From assembly GCA_963821525.1 (NCBI GenBank), contig CAWGED010000005.1:1056001-1120000 (forward strand): DNA of 64,000 nucleotides, read 5' to 3'. Numbering within the stretch: the first letter of the stretch is position 1; every line of letters begins with the position of its first letter. Positions 20,311 to 33,678 of this stretch are shown here, in pieces. The DNA is from an uncultured Gemmatimonadales bacterium. Lineage in GTDB: Bacteria > Gemmatimonadota > Gemmatimonadetes > Gemmatimonadales > GWC2-71-9. The position numbers and the translations under genes are program-made. Under the pieces are notes generated by a model, which was given only the letters and a program-made list of their open reading frames with translations, had not been told where the DNA came from and did not search any database.

Positions 20311-22172
20311 ATGACTATGGTTCCTTCCTCGCCCAGCCGGGCGTGCAGGCTCTTGTTCGTCCTCTTTCTGGCCTGCGGACTCCTGGCCGGCTGCAGTGAT
20401 TCAAACCCTTCGTCAGCTTCACTTCCTCCCCCGGTCGGGAGTATCGCTGCCAGTTCCCCTACCACGCAGAGTGCTCCGGTAGGAACCGAGGTGCCGAGTC
20501 GTCCCTCGGTCACCGTCGAGGATACCAATCAGGCCCCATTGGCTGGCGTGACCGTTACCTTCGCGGTAGCCGGTGGTGGGGGCACTGTTACTGGTGCCTC
20601 TCAAGTTACTGACGCGAGTGGCAAGGCGACGGTCGGAGAGTGGGTGCTCGGTCCCAATACCGGCGACAACACGCTGACTGCTTCGGTCGCTGGCTCGGGA
20701 ATCACCGGTAACCCCGTCACCTTCACGGCGACCGGGACCGGTGGAGGGCCCGCGCCGGACACCGCCGTGGTACGGTTCGCGACCTACTGGGGTGGCAGCG
20801 AAGAGGACCAGGTGCGGGACCTCGCGACCGACGCCCAGGGCAACATCTACGCGGTGGGCGGCACGGCGAGCAACGATTTCCCGACCACCCTAGGGCGCCT
20901 TCGACCGAACCCATGACGACAGTCCGAACGGGACGGTGAAGCACTACGATGTGTTCGTCAGCAAGTTCGACTCGACCGGCAGCCTGCTCTGGTCGACCCT
21001 GCTGGGCGGACCGGGCTACGACCGGGCCTATGCCGTCGAGGTGGATGCACAAGGGTTCGTGTACATCGGAGGACGTGCGGGCGTCGGGTTCCCCGTCACG
21101 CCCGGTGCGGCTCAGACTGTCTTCCGGGGCGGTGGGGTGGCCAATTATGGCGAGGAAGATGGTTTCGTCTGCAAGCTGCAGCCGGACGGGTCGGCCCTCG
21201 TCTTCTGCACCTACTTCGGGACCAACGACTTCAACATCGTGCGGGACATCGATATCGACCCGCAGGGGAACGTCTACATCGCCTCGTCGGCCGAGCTCGA
21301 CTTCCCGGCGAGTGACACCTACTTCAACGGCAGCTACCAGCCCCAGCGGCAAGGCCGGGCTGGACTGCGTCATCGCGAAGCTGAACGCCTCGGGCTCGAG
21401 CTTCGCCTGGGCGACCTGGATCGGTGGGAGCGGAGACGACGGAACTCAGCCGAGCGTGCGGGTCGATGGGCAAGGCAATGTCTGGTACATCGCAGGGGTG
21501 GACAGTCCGAACATGCCGCTGGTGAATCCGACCCAGGCAACGATTGGCGGCGGAGTCGACGACTATCTCGCCAAGCTTTCGCCCGATGGCAAGAATCTTC
21601 TCTTCGCAACCTATCTCGGAGGCTCGGGCGCCGAGGGTTCGGAAACTCACAACCTCGCGGTGAATCGCTCTACCGGGGACATCTATGTCGGTTCGGCCAC
21701 CTCGTCCAATGACCTGCCCGTGACTGCCAATGCGATGCAGTCGGGAGCTGGGGGTGGCGGAAGGGACGGCTTGGTCGCTCGCTACAGTAATGCGGGTTCG
21801 TTGCTCTACTTGTCCTATATGGGCGGGCCCGAGACCGATCGGTTCGAAGGGATTCTGGTCGGGAGCGACGGTAACGTGTACATCTCGGGAATCGGCCAAT
21901 CCGTCTATGGCACCGTGGGTCCCTCGGGACCGCTCGGCAGCGACGATGCAGCTGGGCTGATCCTTTCGCCTGACCTTGGTCAAGTGCTGTTCGGAATCCG
22001 GCTTGGCGGGACTAATGGCGACGAGGGGCGGGCGATAGCCCCGATGCCGGGCGGCGGGTTCGTGATGGGTGGCATCGAGTCGAGCAGCGACTTCCCGAGT
22101 CATGACTCCGAGCAAGCGAATTTCGGCGGCGGAGCCACCGACGGCTGGTTCGCTCGCCTCATCCCTCGCTAA
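20311..22172 (+). CDS. lipoprotein with one Ig-like (Big_1-type) domain and an SBBP beta-propeller; indels
   Basis: LLAGC lipobox; GNPVTF repeat; ATYWGGS, DAQGNIYAVGGTAS.DFPTT, DVFVSK. Confidence 0.85.
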
Positions 22173-22302
22173 GAGAGATCGGGTTACAGGTAACCCCGGG
22201 GAGATTTACGCTTCGGGCGGCATCTCGTTGCGGGTCTTGAGCCGTTGGCGGTTTCTCACGCTCTCGATCGCGCAGGGATTGTCGGATATGGGTGGGGGAC
22301 AG

Positions 22303-25300
22303 ATGAAGCGGATTCTGCTTGCGAACCGATCGAGCCGGTTCGGCCATTGGCTGATCATTACGGGCACGATCCTGGCGGGCTGCGGCTCTCCAGATGACAA
22401 GGTGTCCCCCGGGCCGACTCCTGCTACAGTCGCTGCCGCCTCACCAACCAGCCAGTCCTCCATCGTAAAGACCGCAGTCGCTGTCCCTCCCGCCATAATG
22501 GTACGGGACCAAAACAACGATCCCGTCCCGGGGATAGAAGTCACCTTCGCGGTGACGCAGGGAAGCGGCACTCTGGCCGGGGCGAACCAGACCACGGACG
22601 CAAATGGTGAGGCCAGCGCCACCTCATGGACGCTGGGTTCCACCCCGGGCTCCAACGTGGTGACGGCTTCCATCGCGGGCAGCGGGATCACTGGCAATCC
22701 GGTGACCTTCACTGCGACTGCCACCCTGCCGGGTCCCGCTTCGATCGAAGCGGTGACAGCTACGACCCAAACGGCGGAAGTCGGACAGGCGGTAGCCGCG
22801 GCTCCCTCGGTCCTTGTGCGTGACGCCAACCAGCAGCCGTCCGTCGGGGCCGTCGTGGTCTTCGCGGTGACCGCGGGTGGAGGCCTGGTAACCGGCGCTT
22901 CACAGACCACCGACGCCAACGGTCGAGCGACCGCCGATTCCTGGACTCTTGGCCTGGTGCCAGGCAGCAACACCCTCACCGCGACGGTTGCCGGCGCTGG
23001 CATCACCGGTAACCCGGTCACCTTCAGTGCCACCGCTACAGCTCCCGGGCCCGCCACAATTACGCCGGTTTCTCCGATCGTGCAGAGCGCACCGGAGGGG
23101 CTCGCCGTACCGGTTCCCCCTTCGGTCATCGTCCTCGACGACCACCGGGAGCCGGTTGCAGGAGCCAATGTGGTCTTCTCGGTCACGGCGGGCGGTGGAC
23201 AGATCGTCGACGGCACCCAGACCACCGACGCCAACGGAGCGGCGACCGTTCACTCCTGGACCCTGGGTCCGGCGACCGGCGCCAATTCCGTCGAGGCGCA
23301 AGTGACCGGCGCAGGAGTGACCGGCAATCCGGTGATCTTCCGGGCAACGGCGGTTCCTCCGAGCGACTCGAGTATCGCCGCGAATTCGCCGAACACGCAG
23401 AGCACCCTCGAGGGAACGGCGGTGGCGACGCCTCCCTCGGTGATGGTGCGGGACGAGAACGGCAACCAGCTCCCCGGAGTGACAGTCACCTTTGCCGTCA
23501 CCTCCGGGGGCGGTACGGTAACCGCCGGAACCCAGACCACCGATGCGAGTGGGATCGCCACTGCGGGCCAATGGGTTCTCGGGCCGAATCTCGGAATCAA
23601 TACGCTGACGGCCTCGGCGACAGGATCGGGTTTCGTGGGAAATCCGGTCACCTTTGTCGCGACCGGGACGGCTCCAGCCAGCGTAGCAGCCATTTCGGCT
23701 GTTAACTCAGAGCGGGACGGTGGCGGTGGCAGTGCCCTCGCCACCCTCAGTGATCGTCAAGGACGCGAGTCAGGTCGGCGTCGCCGGGGTCACGGTAACC
23801 TTCGCTGTCACCGCGGGCGGAGGTTCGGTGACCGGAGCCTCGACCACAACCGATGCGTTCGGTGTGGCGAGTGCCTCGTCCTGGGTGCTCGGAGCCTCGG
23901 CGGGTCAGAATACTCTCACGGCCACCGTGTCCGGAGCTGGCATCAGCGGAAATCCCGTCACCTTCAACGCGATAGGTACCGGATCGCCGCCGGCCAATAT
24001 CGCCGCTGCATCGGTAACCAGTCAGAGCGCGGAAGTCGGCACGGCGGTTCTGCATCCGCCGGCCGTGATCGTGTCGGATGCGCAACAGCGGCCGCTTGCG
24101 GGAGTCGTGGTAGTCTTCGCGATCACGGCGGGGGAGGGAGCCTGACGGGGGAATCGCAGACCACGGATTCCGCGGGAAAGTCACGCTTACCGAGTGGACT
24201 CTCGGGTCGGTTCCGGGAACCAACACGCTCACTGCCACGGTCGCTGGCTCGGGGGTCACCGGTAATCCGGTCACCTTCAGCGCAACTGGAACTGCCCCGG
24301 TTCCCGCCAGCATTGCGGCGAATTCTCCGACCAGCCAAAGCGCGATAGTGGGAACTGCGGTTCGGGTCCCACCTGGGTGACGGTCCTCGACCACAATAAG
24401 CAGGGTGTCGCCGGTGTCACCGTCAACTTCGCCGCCACCGCGGTGCCGGGAACGTCTCCGGGGCGACCCAGACTACGGACGCCAACGGGAGGGCTGCGGT
24501 CGGTTCCTGGGTCCTGGGCCCAGCGCCCGGGGTAAACACTTTGACCGCGACCATCACCGGCTCAGGGATCACCGGAAACCCGGTGACGTTCAGCGCGACC
24601 GGCACGGCTGTTCCCGATACTGCCGTCGTGAGGTTCGCGACGTACTGGGGTGGGACGCGAGGAGGACCAGGTTCGGGACCTCGCGACCGATGCCCAGGGC
24701 AACATTTATGTTGTCGGCGGAACGGCCAGCAACGATTTCCCGACTACGCCTGGGGCCTTCGACCGGACCCACGACGACAGCCCCAACGGGACGGTCAAGC
24801 ATTACGACGTGTTCGTGACCAAGTTCGACTCGACCGGGAAACTCATCTGGTCAACCCTGCTGGGCGGGCCGGGCTATGATCGGGCGTACGCGGTTGAGGT
24901 GGATGCGCAAGGGTTCGTGTACATCGGAGGGCGCGCGGGAACGCGGTTCCCCGGTCACGCCGGGGCGGCGCAAACCGACTTCCGCGGCGGCCGGTGCCGG
25001 TTGTACGGCGAGAAGACGGGTTCGTGTGCAAGTTGCGCCCCGACGGCTCGGCGCTGGTCTATCTGCACCTACTTCGGCACCACCGACTACAACATCGTCC
25101 GCGATATCGACATCGACCCGAGCGGAGCGGTCTATATCGCCTCATCCTCGACCGTGGAATTCCCCCCGGGCGATAACTATTTCCAGGGAACATACCAGCC
25201 CACCAAAAAGGCAGGACTCGACTGCGTCGTGGCGAAACTGAACGCCTCGGGTCGAGCATTCGCCTGGGCTACCTGGCTCGGCGGCGAACGGCGACGATGG

Positions 25301-26036
25301 CACTCAGCCGAGCGTGCGGGTCGATGGGCAAGGCAATGTCTGGTACATCGCAGGGGTAGACAGTCCGAACATGCCGCTGGTGAATCCGACCCAGGACAAC
25401 GATTCGGCGGCGGGGTCGATGACTATCTCGCCAAGCTCTCGCCCGATGGCCAGCAACTCCTGTTTGCGACCTACCTTGGTGGCGAGGGACAGGAGGGCTC
25501 CGAAACCCACAATCTCGCGGTAAACCGAGGCCAGCGGAGACATCTATGTGGGGTCGGCGACCTCGTCCACCGATCTGCCCGTCACTGCGAACGCGCTGCA
25601 GCCCGGGCCGGGTGGTGGCGGGCAGGATGGACTCATTGCGCGCTATAGCAACGCTGGTGGCCTGTTATCAGATTCCTATGTCGGCGGACCGAGGGGTCGA
25701 TAGGTTCGAGGGAATCTTGGTCGGCACCGATGGCAATGTATACGTCTCGGGAATCGGCCAGGAAATCTACGAGCACGGTGGGTCCGTCGGGTCCTCTCGG
25801 GAATGATGATGCCGCTGGGTCATGGTCCTGTCACCCACCCTGGGCCAGGTGCTGTTCGGGATCCGGCTCGGCGGCACCGCAAGCGACAACGGCCGGACGG
25901 TGGCGCCGATGCCGGTGGTGGGTTTGTAATCGGCGGCATCGAGTCGAGCACCGATTTCCCCATTCGACAGGCGCAGCAGCCGCAATACGGTGGCAGCACC
26001 AGTGATGGATGGATCGCCCGCATCATTCCCCGCTGA
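22303..26036 (+). CDS. lipoprotein with seven Ig-like repeats and an SBBP beta-propeller; paralogue of the upstream gene; many indels
   Basis: ILAGC lipobox; GNPV(T/I)F codons at about 22693, 23008, 23323, 23638, 23948, 24261 and 24574 (about 315-nt period); C-terminal domain closely similar to 20758-22172. Confidence 0.85.
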
Positions 26037-26085
26037 TCACGCTCGCTGCTTGCCGGCCTCACGCCGGCCATCCATCGTTCGGCGC

Positions 26086-26461
26086 GTGAGAACCCCGGCC
26101 CGACTCTTCTGGCGCGCTATCCGGCTTCGCTGCCCCAACTGTGGCGCAGGACAGCTTTTCGAATCCTGGTTCAGGATACGGCCGCGCTGCCCGCAGTGCG
26201 GGCTTGCGACCGAGCGCCGAGAGGAGGGTTATCAAGTCGGTGCTTACATGTTCAACATCGTCGCGTCCGAGCTGATCTTTGCCGCGATTTTTCTCGGAGT
26301 GCTGTGGTACACCTGGCCCGATCCACCCTGGCTGATGCTGCAGATTGTCGGAGTGAGTGTCATGATCCTCGCTCCGTTTCTGTTCTATCCCTTCTCCAAG
26401 ACACTGTTCCTGGCGTTTGACCTTGGCCTTCCGACCGGCGAGCCACGACGAGTTAGTCTAG
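26086..26461 (+). CDS. DUF983 family protein (CxxC pairs plus 2 TM); indel near 26425
   Basis: RCPNCGAGQLF...CPQCG...PFSKTLFLAFDL. Confidence 0.8.
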
Positions 26462-26524
26462 ACCGGCCTCGAGTCTCCACTATCTTCCTACCACTCGCGC
26501 CGCGTAATCTTGGCGGCTTTGCCG

Positions 26525-26598
<74 letters not shown>

Positions 26599-26621
26599 TC
26601 AGTCCTTTCTCCACTCCAGCC

Positions 26622-28035
26622 TTGACCTTCATCTCCCGCATTCTCCCGCGCGCCGCCGACGTGCGAGTCCTACTCGGGCTCGGCCTGCCGGTCATTGTGG
26701 TGCAGGTGGGTATGATGGCCATGGGTGTGGTGGACACCATCATGGTGGGACACCTCAATGCCCAGGCCCTCGCCGCCGTCGCTCTGGGGAATCTCTACTT
26801 CTTCGGCGTAGCCATTTTCGGGATGGGCGTGCTCATGGCGCTCGACCCGGTCGTGGCTCAGGCGGTTGGCGCCGGCGACCACGAAGCCGCCGCGCGGGGA
26901 GTCCAGCGTGGGGTGATCCTCGCGGCGTTGCTCTGTCTGCCCGCCTCCGCGATGCTCTTTCCGGCGGAGAGCGTGTTGGGCTGGGCCAACCAGCCGCCCG
27001 AGGTCGTGCCGATCGCAGGCGCTTATTGTCGAGTGTCCATCCCCGGCACCTTCGGCTTCTTCGCCTTCATCGTATTTCGGCAAAGTCTGCAGGCCCTCGG
27101 GCGGCTTCGTTGCGATCGTCGCTGCGGTCTTGATTGCCAACCTCGTCAACGCGGGACTCAACTGGGTCCTGATCTACGGCCACCTCGGCATGCCTGGCCT
27201 CGGGGCAGTGGGCTCCGCCTGGGCCACGACGGTGAGCCGCTGGGTCATGGCGGGACTGCTTCTGGCCCTGGGCTGGCGTGAGTTGCGCCCGGTGCTCCTT
27301 CCGATTCGACCCGGCGTCGGCGATCCCCGCGCCCTCACCAGGATGTTTCTGCTCGGGGCCCCGATCGGTGTGCAGCATCAGCTGGAGTACGGCGTGTTCG
27401 GTCTCGTGGGGCTCATGATGGGCTGGCTCGGTACCACGCAGGTTGCGGCACACCAGATCGCCCTGAACCTGGCATCCGTCACCTTCATGGTGCCTCTCGG
27501 TCTCTCGAGCGCTGCCGCGGTAGTGGTGGGTCACGCGGTGGGACGCTCCGATCGCGCCGGTGCATCCGGTGCGGCGCGGGCGGCTCTGGCATGTGCCGTC
27601 AGCTTCATGGGGACTACAGCTCTCGCATTCACCTTGGCGCCTCGAACACTCGCGGGCTTGTATACTGCGGATCCTGCGGTGTTGGCGCTCGCCGTCATGC
27701 TACTTCCGTTGGCCGGAGTGTTTCAGGTTTTCGACGGGATCCAGGTCACTTCGATTGGGATTCTGCGCGGCCTAGGCGACACTCGTACTCCCATGATTGT
27801 CGGGTTGCTGGGATACTGGGTGATCGGATTGCCGGTGAGCCTCCTGCTGGGATTTCGTCTCGGGCAGGGGCCCGTCGGTCTCTGGTGGGGGCTGGTGCTC
27901 GGCCTCGTCATCGTCGCCCTGTTCCTCTTGGATCGGGTGAGACGCAGGCTGCACCTTCCCCTGCGTCGAGTGCACATTGACCACGTGCAGGCTAGCACCG
28001 GTTTTAGCCCTACCGACCTCGGCACTCAGGCGTGA
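26622..28035 (+). CDS. MATE family efflux transporter (NorM-like); indel near 27110
   Basis: VDTIMVG, AAHQIALNLAS, FMVPLGL, FQVFDGIQ...GILRGLGDT. Confidence 0.92.
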
Positions 28036-28053
28036 CCGCCAGCGAGGCTTACC

Positions 28054-28094
28054 GACTCACGTCTCACGATCTCGACCATTGACCACAGACCACC
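28054..28094. repeat. C-rich heptamer array (gactcac/gaccaca)
   Basis: gactcac gtctcac gatctc gaccatt gaccaca gaccacc. Confidence 0.6.
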
Positions 28095-28729
28095 GGCGCT
28101 TCAACACCGTCATCTTCGACTGCGACTCCACCCTCACTACCATCGAAGGAATCGAGGAGCTGGCCCGCGGACAGCGCGAAGAGATCACCCGTCTCACCGA
28201 GTTGGCCATGCGAGGGTCCGTGCCGTTGGAGCAGGTGTACGGCCATCGTCTGGAGCTGATTCGTCCATCACGATCGGACATCGCCGAGGTAGGCCGGCTT
28301 TACCTGCGCAACCTCGTCCCCGGCGCCCGGGAGACCATTCGTGCCCTTCAGGCCGATGGTGTAACCGTGCAGATCCTGAGCGGCGGTTTGGCGCCGGCAG
28401 TACTCATCGTCGCGCGAGAGTTAGGGGTCCCCGATTCCCGGGTGGCGGCCGTGGATGTCCGCTTCCACGAGGACGGGAGCTACCTCGGATTCGACAGCGA
28501 TTCGCCGCTGGCCCGCGCCGGAGGGAAGCGCACCTGGATCGAGGCCTCCGGCCTCCCCCGTCCGCGCCTCCTCATCGGGGACGGCGCTACCGACCTCGAG
28601 GCACGCCCGGCGGTCGATTGTTTCGCGGCTTATGTGGGGGTAGTTGACCGTCCAGAGGTGAGCCGGGCGGCCGATGTCGTCCTTCGCGAACCTTCTCTGG
28701 AGGCGGTGCTCAAACTGGTACGAGGATAA
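28079..28729 (+). CDS. serB: HAD-IB phosphoserine phosphatase-like
   Basis: FDCDSTL..IEGI, LSGG, IGDGATD; adjacent to serA; start uncertain. Confidence 0.75.
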   Translation: MTTDHRRFNTVIFDCDSTLTTIEGIEELARGQREEITRLTELAMRGSVPLEQVYGHRLELIRPSRSDIAEVGRLYLRNLVPGARETIRALQADGVTVQILSGGLAPAVLIVARELGVPDSRVAAVDVRFHEDGSYLGFDSDSPLARAGGKRTWIEASGLPRPRLLIGDGATDLEARPAVDCFAAYVGVVDRPEVSRAADVVLREPSLEAVLKLVRG

Positions 28730-28811
28730 AGCCCAACCTCGTCGTACCTCTGGTTATATTCGTCCCGGATTCGAACCGACAATCCTTCGACAAAAGTGGA
28801 GCGTTCTGGTA

Positions 28812-29925
28812 ATGACTGTGAGTGAAATTTCCGCAGCGCCGACGTTCGGTCGGTTCTTCCTCCCAGGTCCCACCGAAGTTCGACCCGAAATTCTTGCGGC
28901 CCAGGCTCAAGCGATGATCGGGCACCGGGGCAAAGCGATGGAGACGCTCATCGCCGAGCTGCAACCCGGACTGCGCCGGATCTTTCGAACTTCGCGTCCG
29001 GTTTACATCGCGGCCTCGTCCGCGACCGGACTCATGGAGGCTGCGATCCGGAACTGTGCCGGCCGCCGAGTCTTGTCGCTGGTGAATGGTGCCTTCAGCG
29101 AGCGTTTCTATCGCATCGCCCTGGCGCACGGAGTGGAGGCCGTGGCCCTGGAGGTACCGCTGGGCGCCGCTCATACTCCGCAAATGCTTGCCGACGCGTT
29201 GGCGAAGGGATCCTACGACGCGGTCACGGTCGTGCACTCCGAGACGTCAACCGGAGTACTGAATCCGATCCGTGAGCTCGCGGAAGTTGTACACCGCCAG
29301 CCTGGACGACTGCTCCTCGTCGATAGCGTGACCGGAGTCGCCGGCGCCCAGGTTGAAAGCGACGCCTGGCAACTCGACTTCGTGCTGACCGGTTCACAGA
29401 AGGCGCTCGCGCTTCCTCCCCGGCCTCGCGCTCGGCGTCGCGCAACCCGCTGCGCTGGAGCGGGCCCGGGCCACTCCCAATCGGGGGATCTACTTCGATC
29501 TGGTCGAGTTCGAGAGCTACGTCGTCAAGAACCAGACACCGAACACGCCGGCTCTGTCCCTCATGTACGCTCTCGCCGCTCAGGTCGAACGCATCGACGC
29601 GGAAAGCATCGAGACCCGCTGGGCCCGCCACCAGGCAATGGCGCACCGGACCTGGCACTGGACCGAATCGATGAATGGCAAAGGTATAGCGCTCGAGGTC
29701 CTGGCTCCCCGGGAATTCCGGTCGCCTACGGTGACCTGTATCAAGCTGCCGGGTGGCGTGAGCGGGAGCGCAGTGGACAAGGAGATGAAGCGTCGCGGCT
29801 ATACCATCTCGCCGGGGTACGGCGCGCTCAAGGACTCGACCATTCGCATCGGTCACATGGGCGATCACACCGTGGACGAATTGAACGAGCTGCTTCAGGT
29901 GCTCGAGGACGTGCTGCGCTCGTGA
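28812..29925 (+). CDS. class V PLP aminotransferase (alanine-glyoxylate/serine-pyruvate family); indel near 29420
   Basis: FLPGPTEV, VHSETSTG, VDSVT, TGSQKAL, IRIGHMG. Confidence 0.9.
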
Positions 29926-31527
29926 GCCGCTATCGCGTCCTGGTGGCGGACAAGATCGCTCGGGAGGGTCTCACCCCCATCGCCGACGATCCCCGCTTTA
30001 CTCTGATTGAACGTCCGGGCCTGAAGGATGATGCGCTGGCAGAAGCGCTCTCCGAGGCCGATGCGGTGATTGTCCGTAGCGCGACCCGCATCACGCGAGG
30101 AGCGCTGGGACGCACGACCAGTCTCAAGGTGATCGGCCGGGCTGGGGTCGGGGTGGACACGATTGACGTGGATGCCGCCACCGAGAAGGGCATCGCCGTC
30201 ATGAACGCGCCGGCCGGGAACACCATCTCGGCCGCGGAACTCGCATTCGCATTGCTGCTTGCCCTGGTCCGGCGAGTGCCCGCCGCCGATCGCTCCATGA
30301 AGGACGGCCAGTGGGATCGATCGAGCTTCAGCGGCACCGAGCTGTACGGCAAGACGCTCGGGCTGGTCGGCGCCGGAAGGGTAGGGGGCGAAGTCGCGCG
30401 CCGAGCCCAGGCCTTCGGGATGACTGTCGTCGGCTACGACCCCTTCCTGAGCCAGGACGCGGCCCGCAGTCTCGGCATCCGGCTGGAGTCTTTGGAAGAG
30501 GTCCTGAGAAGTGCCGATGTACTGTCGCTGCATGTGCCGTTGACCGAGAGCACCAAGGGTCTCCTCGGCGAGGCTCAACTCGCGATGATGAAACCCGAAG
30601 CCGTGATCATCAACGCCGCGCGAGGCGGCGTGCTCGATGAGGCGGCCTTGCTCCGCAGGCTGCAGGAGAAACGACTCGCCGGAGCGGCGCTGGACGTGTT
30701 CGAGAAGGAGCCGCTTCCCGCCAGACGATCCGCTCCGCAAGCTGCCAAACGTCGTGCTTACCCCTCACCTCGGCGCATCCACCGAAGAGGCCCAGCTCAA
30801 CGTCGCGCTGGAGATCGCTCAGGCGATTCGTGCGGCGCTGGTGCATGGCGATCTCTCGGGTGCGGTGAACGCTCCCTTTGTGGTGGGCGATCGGGTGCAG
30901 CGACTGCGGCCACTCCTTTCCATGGCCCAGCGACTGGGACGCCTGGCGGCGGCGCTGACGGATGGAGCGATCACCTCAGTCGAAATCCGTTTCGGCGGGG
31001 ACGAGGATTTTCTCCGTCCCCTCGCCGCCGGAGCCGTCGCGGGTCTCCTCGCGGATGTCGTGGGACCGGCGGGCGTGAACGTGGTGAATGCCCTGCATCT
31101 CGCCAAGGCCCGCGGGATCGAAGTCGATCGCACCCGGATCGACGCGAACCGGGACTATGCCGAATTCATCGAAGTGCGGGCGACCGGTAGCGGACGGTCC
31201 TCCAGGGTTGCCGGTGCGCTGCTGGCCGAGGGGCATCCTCGAGTCGTTCGCATCGGAGACTTCCGACTGGATGTCGTTCCGCGCGGTGTCCTCGTGTTGC
31301 TGCGTAACCGGGACGTGCCCGGTGTCATCGGTCGAGTCGGCTCGCTTCTGGGCGAGGCCGGAATCAACATCGCCGAGTATCATCAGGCGCGACTCTCCGC
31401 TGGCGGTGAGGCCCTCGCCGCGATCAGTGTGGACTCGCCGCTCAAACCCGAGGCACTCGCCGCACTCCGGAGTCTGCCGGAAGTACTCGACGCCCGTCAG
31501 GTGCAGTTCGATCCCGTCGGTCTGTAA
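29922..31527 (+). CDS. serA: D-3-phosphoglycerate dehydrogenase with ACT domain; indel near 30720
   Basis: GRAGVGVD, GKTLGLVGAGRVG, NAARGG, TPHLGAST.EAQ, NRDVPGVIG. Confidence 0.95.
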
Positions 31528-31667
31528 CGCACTTGGGGCTTGCCGCCTCGGCGGGCCCGGCGGGATTCCGATCTTCGACTTCTGAACCTTCCGCGTTGAC
31601 AACTGGCACTCGGAAGGGAAGCTTTCGCGCGCTCCCAGATGCAGTTCACCCCGATCCAGACCGAAAC

Positions 31668-33678
31668 ATGATCGCTCTGAGCCTTGTTCTTGCCCTGCAA
31701 CAGCAGCCACAGACCCCTCCCACCCCGTCGGCTCCGTCTCCCATCGCGCACGTGACGATCACGCCCGAGACCAGGACGATGACCGCTGGCGATACGCTTC
31801 GCTTCAGTGCGCAGGCTGTCGACAGCTCGGGAAGCCAGGTCGCCAATGCCTTGATTCGCTTCGTGGGTTCGGGCGGACGGTTCGAGGGCCGGGTGGACAG
31901 CTCAGGCCTGGTTTCCGCCGGATCCACCGGGGTGTTGGGGGTTACGGCGATCGCGAGCGTCCCGGGTACTCGACCCGTCATGGAACGGGTGGAGATCTCG
32001 ATGCAGCCGGGACCCGCGGCCTCGGTGACCATCACGCCGCAGATCACCCGCCTGGTCGCCGGTCAGCGGTTCATGCTGACGGGAGCCGCCTTCTCGGCCC
32101 GGGGAGACAAGCGCGCCGACAAGATCAAATGGCGGAGTTCCGCCCCTCGGGTTGCTGATGTTGCGACTGATGGGCTACTCACGGCGAGCGCGCCCGGTAA
32201 AGCAACGGTCACGGCCTCGGTCGACGGAGCCAAGTCGTCGTTTCAGGTTGAGGTACTGGCGGTCACCATCGGGTCGCTCGAGATCTCGCCTGCGAAAATT
32301 GATGCGAAGCAGGGCGACGTCATTCGCTTCACCGTCACCGCGCGCGATCGAGCGGGCAAGAAAATCGAAGGACTCACCCCCCGTTGGAGTTTTTCTCCGG
32401 GTGGGGGCCTCATCAGCGATGATGGAGCCTTCGTCGGCTACGAGCGCGGGCCCGTATCTGGTGACCGCGACCCTCGGCAACCGCAGTGTGGATGGGGCCG
32501 TCTCCCTCGCTTATCGCGATGTTCGCCGCCCCGCCACCGTCGTCGGCCGGCTGCCCCGTACACTGTTCAGCACCGAAGAGGTCTGGGTTCACCCCGATGG
32601 CAAGCACCTCTACCTCGGCACCGGTGGCGGTGGGGACCGGATGTACGCGGTGGACATCTCCGATCCATCGAATCCCGTCGTGACCGACTCGCTGATGGCG
32701 AATACCCGGCGAGTGAACGACATCATGACGACGCCGGACGGCAAGTACCTGGTTCACACCCGGGAGGGCGCGGCGGACCGTAAGAACGGGATCGTCATCG
32801 CTTCGCTGGAGGATCCGGCCCATCCCAAGGTGATCAGCGAGTTCACCGAAGGGGTGACGGGTGGCGTGCACTCCGCCTTCATCTACCAGCAGCCCAAGTA
32901 CGGCACCCACATCTATCTGACTAACGACGCGACCGGCGTCCTGCACATCGTTGACATCAACGATCCCTATCATCCCAAGGAAGTCGCCCGCTTCAGCTCC
33001 CGCAGCGACCAGCAAGGCAACTACGTTCACGATGTGGATGTGAAGGACGGGCTCGCCTATCTGAGCTACTGGAACGATGGACTGGTCATCATCGATGTGG
33101 GGAACGGCATTAAGGGCGGCAGTCCTGACAATCCGCAGTTCGTTTCCCAGTACAAGTACGATCTCAACGAGCTTTATCGCGATGTCGAAGCCTCGGCGGG
33201 GCCCGGCTTCATCCGCGGCACCCACACCGCATGGCGCCACAAGAATTACGTCTTCATCGCGGACGAGGTCTTCCCGGCTGCGCCGGTGAAGGGCGCCAAG
33301 GATGCCTCCTCCTTCCGGGCTTACGGGCGGATGCAGGTCATCGACGTGAGCGACATCTTCCATCCCAAGTCAGTCGCCTGGTATGAGCCGGAATTTGGCG
33401 GGGTGCACAACGTGTGGGCCGAGGGCGATACACTCTACATGGGAGCCTACAACGCCGGGTTCCGTGCCTTCGATATCTCAGGCGAATTGCGGGGAGACTT
33501 GCGCGCGGAAGGCCGGGAAATGGTGCACGTCAATACCGCCGATATGAGCGGCCACACTCAGAATTCTGCTATGACCTGGGGAGTGGTTGTGAAGGACGGC
33601 CTGGCCTACGTCAACGACGACAACAACGGACTCTGGATCGTCAGAATGGAGCCGAGGCGGACGGAGCTGACCCCGTAG
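31668..33678 (+). CDS. secreted Ig-like (Big_2) plus LVIVD-repeat protein; indel near 32450
   Basis: ASVTITP...WRSSAPRVADV..DGLLTA..PG; LHIVDI, LAYLSYWNDGLVIIDV. Confidence 0.8.

Noticed and set aside
28674..31190. Apparent 838-aa aminotransferase-SerA fusion ORF
   Set aside because: An indel near 29420 diverts into a junk frame; the real aminotransferase stops at 29925, overlapping the serA GTG
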